From positions 8,091 through 72,090 of the forward strand of contig CALMLL010000074.1 of assembly GCA_937868075.1 (NCBI GenBank): a DNA stretch of 64,000 nucleotides. The letters are read 5' to 3'. The notes under the pieces were generated by a model, which saw only the letters and a list, made by a program, of their open reading frames with translations, made no database searches and was not told the DNA's origin. Made by a program: the position numbers and the translations under genes. Below are positions 60,566 to 64,000 of this stretch, piece after piece (position 1 is the first letter of the stretch; each line of letters starts with the position of its first letter). Source of the stretch: an uncultured Marmoricola sp. (GTDB lineage Bacteria > Actinomycetota > Actinomycetes > Propionibacteriales > Nocardioidaceae).

Positions 60566-61138
60566 TCAACGTTCTCCGCCCGGCACCCACAACACGTCAC
60601 CGACGTCTCGGTTGGCGTATCTGGCCAGGATGAACAGCAGGTCGGAGAGGCGATTGAGATAGGTCAGCGCCAGCGGGTTCATCACCTCGGCGAAGGTCTC
60701 GTGAGCGGCCCAGCCGGCCCGCTCGGCACGGCGTACGACGACGCGAGCCACATGCAGATGAGCCGCAGCCACGGTGCCGCCGTTGAGGATGAACGACCGC
60801 AACGCCACGAGGTGTTCGTTGTAGTGGTCGCACCATGCCTCGAGGCGGTCGATGTAGTCCTGCTCGATGCGCAGCGGGGGGTAGGCCGGGTCAGCGACCA
60901 CAGGCGTGCACAGGTCCGCCCCGACGTCGAACAGGTCGTTTTGGATGTGGGTCAGCACGGCAGCGACGTCCTCGTCGAGTTCGCCCACCGCCAGCGCGAC
61001 GCCGATCTGGGCGTTGGCCTCATCGACGGTGGCGTAGGCCTCGAGCCGAGGATCGTTCTTGGTGGTCAGACTCATATCGCCGAGTCGGGTCTGCCCGCCA
61101 TCGCCGGTCCGGGTGTAGATGCGGGTGAGATTGACCAT
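60566..61138 (-). CDS. pduO: PduO-type cob(I)alamin adenosyltransferase
   Basis: IYTRTGDGGQT, AYATVDEAN, IQNDLFDVGA, RRAER, YLNRLSDLLF. Confidence 0.95.
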   Translation of the reverse strand: MVNLTRIYTRTGDGGQTRLGDMSLTTKNDPRLEAYATVDEANAQIGVALAVGELDEDVAAVLTHIQNDLFDVGADLCTPVVADPAYPPLRIEQDYIDRLEAWCDHYNEHLVALRSFILNGGTVAAAHLHVARVVVRRAERAGWAAHETFAEVMNPLALTYLNRLSDLLFILARYANRDVGDVLWVPGGER

Positions 61139-61144
61139 GGCTGC

Positions 61145-61154
61145 AGCCTACGAT
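61145..61154. promoter_or_regulatory. Bidirectional promoter core: TAGGCT (minus) and TACGAT (plus) share one TA dinucleotide
   Basis: Each hexamer is exactly 6 nt from a start codon (pduO ATG 61138; GTG 61161). Confidence 0.6.
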
Positions 61155-61160
61155 CTTCGG

Positions 61161-61688
61161 GTGTCCACACCCGCCCGGATCGTCTTCTACGGCGTCGCCG
61201 GTGCCGGCAAGACGACTCTCGCGGCGAGGGTGGCCGAGCGGCTCCAGATCCCGTTGACCTCCGCCGACTCACTGTTCTGGCGCCCGGGTTGGGTCAAGGT
61301 GGATGTCGCCGAGCAGCGACGACTCATGGGAGAAGTGTTCGCCCAAGACAGGTGGGTCGTCGATTCGGCCTGGAGCAGCGTCCGCACCGAAACGCTGGAG
61401 CGAGCCGATCTGCTGGTCTGTCTGGACTACCCATGGTGGCTGACCGGGTCGCGCCTATTGCGCCGCACCGTGCGACGGGTGGTGACGAAGGAACACGTCT
61501 GCAACGGCAACGTGGAGTCGCTACGAACCATGCTCTGGGGCCGTGAAGCCATCCTCGTGTGGTGGCTCAGAACGGTGCGCTCCAGGCACCGCTCGATCGC
61601 CCGGCTCGCACACCTGGCCCACCCCGACGTCGTCGTTCTGCGACGCCCCGCCGATGCCGAGGAGTGGCTGGCGACGTTGGGAGGCTAG
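61161..61688 (+). CDS. Small P-loop kinase (adenylate kinase-like / FlaR topology-modulation family)
   Basis: Walker A GVAGAGKTT, DSLFWRPGW, WVVDSAW, LDYP. Start reassigned to GTG 61161. Confidence 0.85.
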   Translation: MSTPARIVFYGVAGAGKTTLAARVAERLQIPLTSADSLFWRPGWVKVDVAEQRRLMGEVFAQDRWVVDSAWSSVRTETLERADLLVCLDYPWWLTGSRLLRRTVRRVVTKEHVCNGNVESLRTMLWGREAILVWWLRTVRSRHRSIARLAHLAHPDVVVLRRPADAEEWLATLGG

Positions 61689-61752
61689 CCGTCGTCGACG
61701 ACTGCGGTGCGTCGATCAGCCGCCTGGCGGCGCGCCCGAGGACCGGACGGTG

Positions 61753-61778
61753 GCAACCTTTTCGCCGTGACGTGCGTC
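61753..61778 (+). promoter_or_regulatory. Candidate ECF promoter GCAACC-N16-CGTC upstream of the STAS gene
   Basis: -35 AAC and -10 CGTC with a 16-nt spacer, 23 nt before ATG 61802. Confidence 0.55.
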
Positions 61779-61801
61779 ATAGTGGGCAACAGAAGTCACC
61801 C

Positions 61802-62116
61802 ATGCGCAGGAGTTCTCGGATGCCACTGCACAGTGACGGAGCCACCATCGTTGTTGTTGGACCACTCGACAGCCGCACGTTGGCAGGTGCCCGTGATGAG
61901 GTTTATCGCCATGTCCCCGACCACGACGTCGTCGTCGACCTGAGCCAGTGCGAGTGGCTCGACGGCGCGGCGCTGCGCATGCTGGTCGCGGCCACGGTGC
62001 TCGCGCAGCGCGGCGGCCATCGTGTCGTCCTGCGCGGGTGTGTGCCACGGGTCCGCCGCCTCCTGCACCGCACCGGTGCCTATCCGAGGCTGGAGATCGA
62101 GTCTCAGTCGGCCTGA
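61802..62116 (+). CDS. Stand-alone STAS domain protein
   Basis: VVVGPLD, VVVDLSQCEWLDGAALRMLV, VVLRGCVPRVRRLL. Start could be 61802 or 61820. Confidence 0.8.
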   Translation: MRRSSRMPLHSDGATIVVVGPLDSRTLAGARDEVYRHVPDHDVVVDLSQCEWLDGAALRMLVAATVLAQRGGHRVVLRGCVPRVRRLLHRTGAYPRLEIESQSA

Positions 62117-62195
62117 TGGCGCAGGTCACCGTGTGACGGATGCCCCACCCTGAGCGGGTGTCCCAGCCGGTGGGCGGCGCCGTAGCCTGGCAGGC

Positions 62196-64000
62196 ATGAC
62201 TGCGCCGAAGGACCGCCCCTGGGTGATGCGGACGTATGCCGGACACTCCACGGCGGCGGCCTCCAACGAGCTCTACCGCACCAACCTCGCCAAGGGCCAG
62301 ACCGGGCTGTCGGTGGCCTTCGACCTGCCCACCCAGACCGGCTACGACCCCGACTCACCGCTCTCGCGGGGCGAGGTCGGCAAGGTCGGAGTGCCGATCC
62401 CGCACCTGGGTGAGATGCGGCGGCTCTTCGAGGGCATCCCGCTGACGCAGATGAACACCTCCATGACCATCAACGCCACGGCCATGTGGCTGCTGGCGCT
62501 CTACCAGGTCGCCGCCGAGGAGCAGAACCCCGGCATGGAGCCGCTGGCGGTAGCCCACCAACTGGCCGGGACCACCCAGAACGACATCATCAAGGAGTAC
62601 CTCTCCCGCGGGACGTACGTCTTCCCGCCCGAGCACTCCCTACGGCTGATCTCGGACATGATCGCCTACACGGTCAACGAGATCCCGAAGTGGAACCCGA
62701 TCAACATCTGCAGCTACCACCTCCAGGAGGCCGGGGCGACACCGGTGCAGGAGTTGGCCTACGCGCTGTGCACCGCGATTGCGGTCCTAGACACCGTCAA
62801 GGACTCCGGTCAGGTCTCGGCCGAGGACTTCGAGAAGGTCGTCGGCAGAATCAGCTTCTTCGTCAACGCTGGCGTGCGGTTCATCGAAGAGACCTGCAAG
62901 ATGCGTGCGTTCGTGCGGTTGTGGGACGAGATCACCCGGGAGCGCTACGGGGTCACCGACGAGAAGATGCGCCGCTTCCGCTACGGCGTGCAGGTCAACT
63001 CCCTGGGCCTGACCGAGGCCCAGCCCGAGAACAACGTGCAGCGCATCGTGCTGGAGATGCTCGGGGTCACCCTGTCCAAGGACGCCCGTGCTCGTGCGGT
63101 TCAGTTGCCTGCCTGGAACGAAGCGCTCGGGCTGCCCCGACCGTGGGATCAGCAGTGGTCCTTGCGGCTCCAGCAGGTGCTGGCCTTCGAATCCGACCTG
63201 TTGGAGTACGACGACATCTTCGAGGGCTCCCATGTCATCGAGGCCAAGGTCACCCAACTGTGTGACGAGGCCCGGGCCGAGATCGACCGGGTGCAGGCCA
63301 TGGGCGGGGCGATCGCGGCCGTCGAAGCCGGCTACATGAAGCAGGCACTGGTCTCGGCTCACGCCACTCGTCGTGCCCGCATCGAGTCGGGGGAGGACAA
63401 GGTCGTCGGGGTCAACTGCTTCGAGACCACCGAACCCTCACCGCTGACCGCAGACCTGGACTCGGCGATCATGGTCGCCGACCCGGCCGCAGAACGGCTG
63501 GCCCTGGAGTCGGTGGCCGCCTGGAAGGCCACCCGCGACACCGCCGCCGTCGAGGCGGCCCTGGCAGCGCTGGCCGAGGCCGCGAAGACCTCGACCAACC
63601 TCATGTCGGCCACGTTGACCGCGGCCCGCGCCGGGGCCACGACCGGCGAGTGGGCCGGCACCTTGCGCGGGGTTTTCGGGGAGTTCCGAGCACCCACGGG
63701 TGTAGCCGGTGCGGTCGGCGTTGCCGAGGCCGGTGCCGAACTCACCGCGGTTCGCGAATCGGTCAAGCAGACCGGTGAGGAACTCGGCGGCCGGTTGCGA
63801 CTCCTGGTCGGCAAGCCCGGCCTGGACGGACACTCCAACGGGGCCGAGCAGGTCGCCGTACGTGCTCGCGATGCCGGGTTCGAGGTCATCTACCAGGGGA
63901 TCCGGCTCACCCCCGACCAGATCGTGGCTGCGGCGGTGGCCGAGGACGTGCACTGCGTGGGGCTCTCGATCCTGTCCGGTTCCCACATGGAGTTGGTTCC
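62196..64000 (+). CDS. meaA: B12-dependent acyl-CoA mutase MeaA (ethylmalonyl-CoA mutase-like), 3'-truncated by window edge; not in ORF track
   Basis: Translated by hand: [63 protein letters not shown]12 motif [17 protein letters not shown] lies 7 nt before the ATG. Confidence 0.92.
   Translation, partial: MTAPKDRPWVMRTYAGHSTAAASNELYRTNLAKGQTGLSVAFDLPTQTGYDPDSPLSRGEVGKVGVPIPHLGEMRRLFEGIPLTQMNTSMTINATAMWLLALYQVAAEEQNPGMEPLAVAHQLAGTTQNDIIKEYLSRGTYVFPPEHSLRLISDMIAYTVNEIPKWNPINICSYHLQEAGATPVQELAYALCTAIAVLDTVKDSGQVSAEDFEKVVGRISFFVNAGVRFIEETCKMRAFVRLWDEITRERYGVTDEKMRRFRYGVQVNSLGLTEAQPENNVQRIVLEMLGVTLSKDARARAVQLPAWNEALGLPRPWDQQWSLRLQQVLAFESDLLEYDDIFEGSHVIEAKVTQLCDEARAEIDRVQAMGGAIAAVEAGYMKQALVSAHATRRARIESGEDKVVGVNCFETTEPSPLTADLDSAIMVADPAAERLALESVAAWKATRDTAAVEAALAALAEAAKTSTNLMSATLTAARAGATTGEWAGTLRGVFGEFRAPTGVAGAVGVAEAGAELTAVRESVKQTGEELGGRLRLLVGKPGLDGHSNGAEQVAVRARDAGFEVIYQGIRLTPDQIVAAAVAEDVHCVGLSILSGSHMELV

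Noticed and set aside
61559-61801. N-terminal extension of the STAS ORF in the track
   Set aside because: It overlaps the upstream kinase gene, has low-information Arg/Pro-rich composition, and contains the candidate promoter.
62117-62195. Cobalamin riboswitch before meaA (or pduO)
   Set aside because: The spacers are too short (79 and 22 nt), there is no B12-box, and both genes look leaderless.

Overview
A 64-kb stretch of core chromosome from a high-GC actinobacterium (roughly 68-69% GC by eye). Gene order and protein sequences suggest a Nocardioidaceae-like organism, which is an inference. I support 66 CDS, two cut by the window edges, plus one tRNA-Arg(CCG). Three real genes are missing from the supplied ORF track: ribosomal protein bL37 (24 aa), a DUF6104 protein (59 aa) and the 3'-truncated meaA. 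Main blocks in order: adenine MTase and ppdK; an acyl-CoA dehydrogenase pair; a plsB-plsC-WS/DGAT triacylglycerol operon; hisN-rsgA-aroA; an ECF sigma/anti-sigma/TM/DUF11-like fusion divergent from a degenerate GGDEF gene; SRAP-sigR/sigH-rsrA-bL37-pdtaS-whiB1; sodN/sodX; malic enzyme; YbdK-type ligase plus M20 amidohydrolase; kgd; tRNA-argS-lysA-hom-thrC-thrB-rho-rpmE-prfA-prmC-tsaC-wecA; the atp operon; pduO; STAS; meaA. I found no mobile element, CRISPR array, rRNA or pseudogene. Most of the window is known housekeeping biology. The most unusual signal the genes do not explain is the dispersed palindrome CGGCGTACGCCG (core CGTACG). I counted 7 perfect copies by eye. Motif variants occur in all three reading frames and between genes, and repeatedly carry the otherwise rare Val codon GTA, like a highly iterated palindrome (HIP). 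The next candidates are the accessory ECF-fusion/degenerate-GGDEF module, a two-isoform sigR promoter layout, a recently duplicated Q/N-rich Rho insert and a 38-bp perfect intergenic palindrome. All counts are manual and novelty was not checked against databases.
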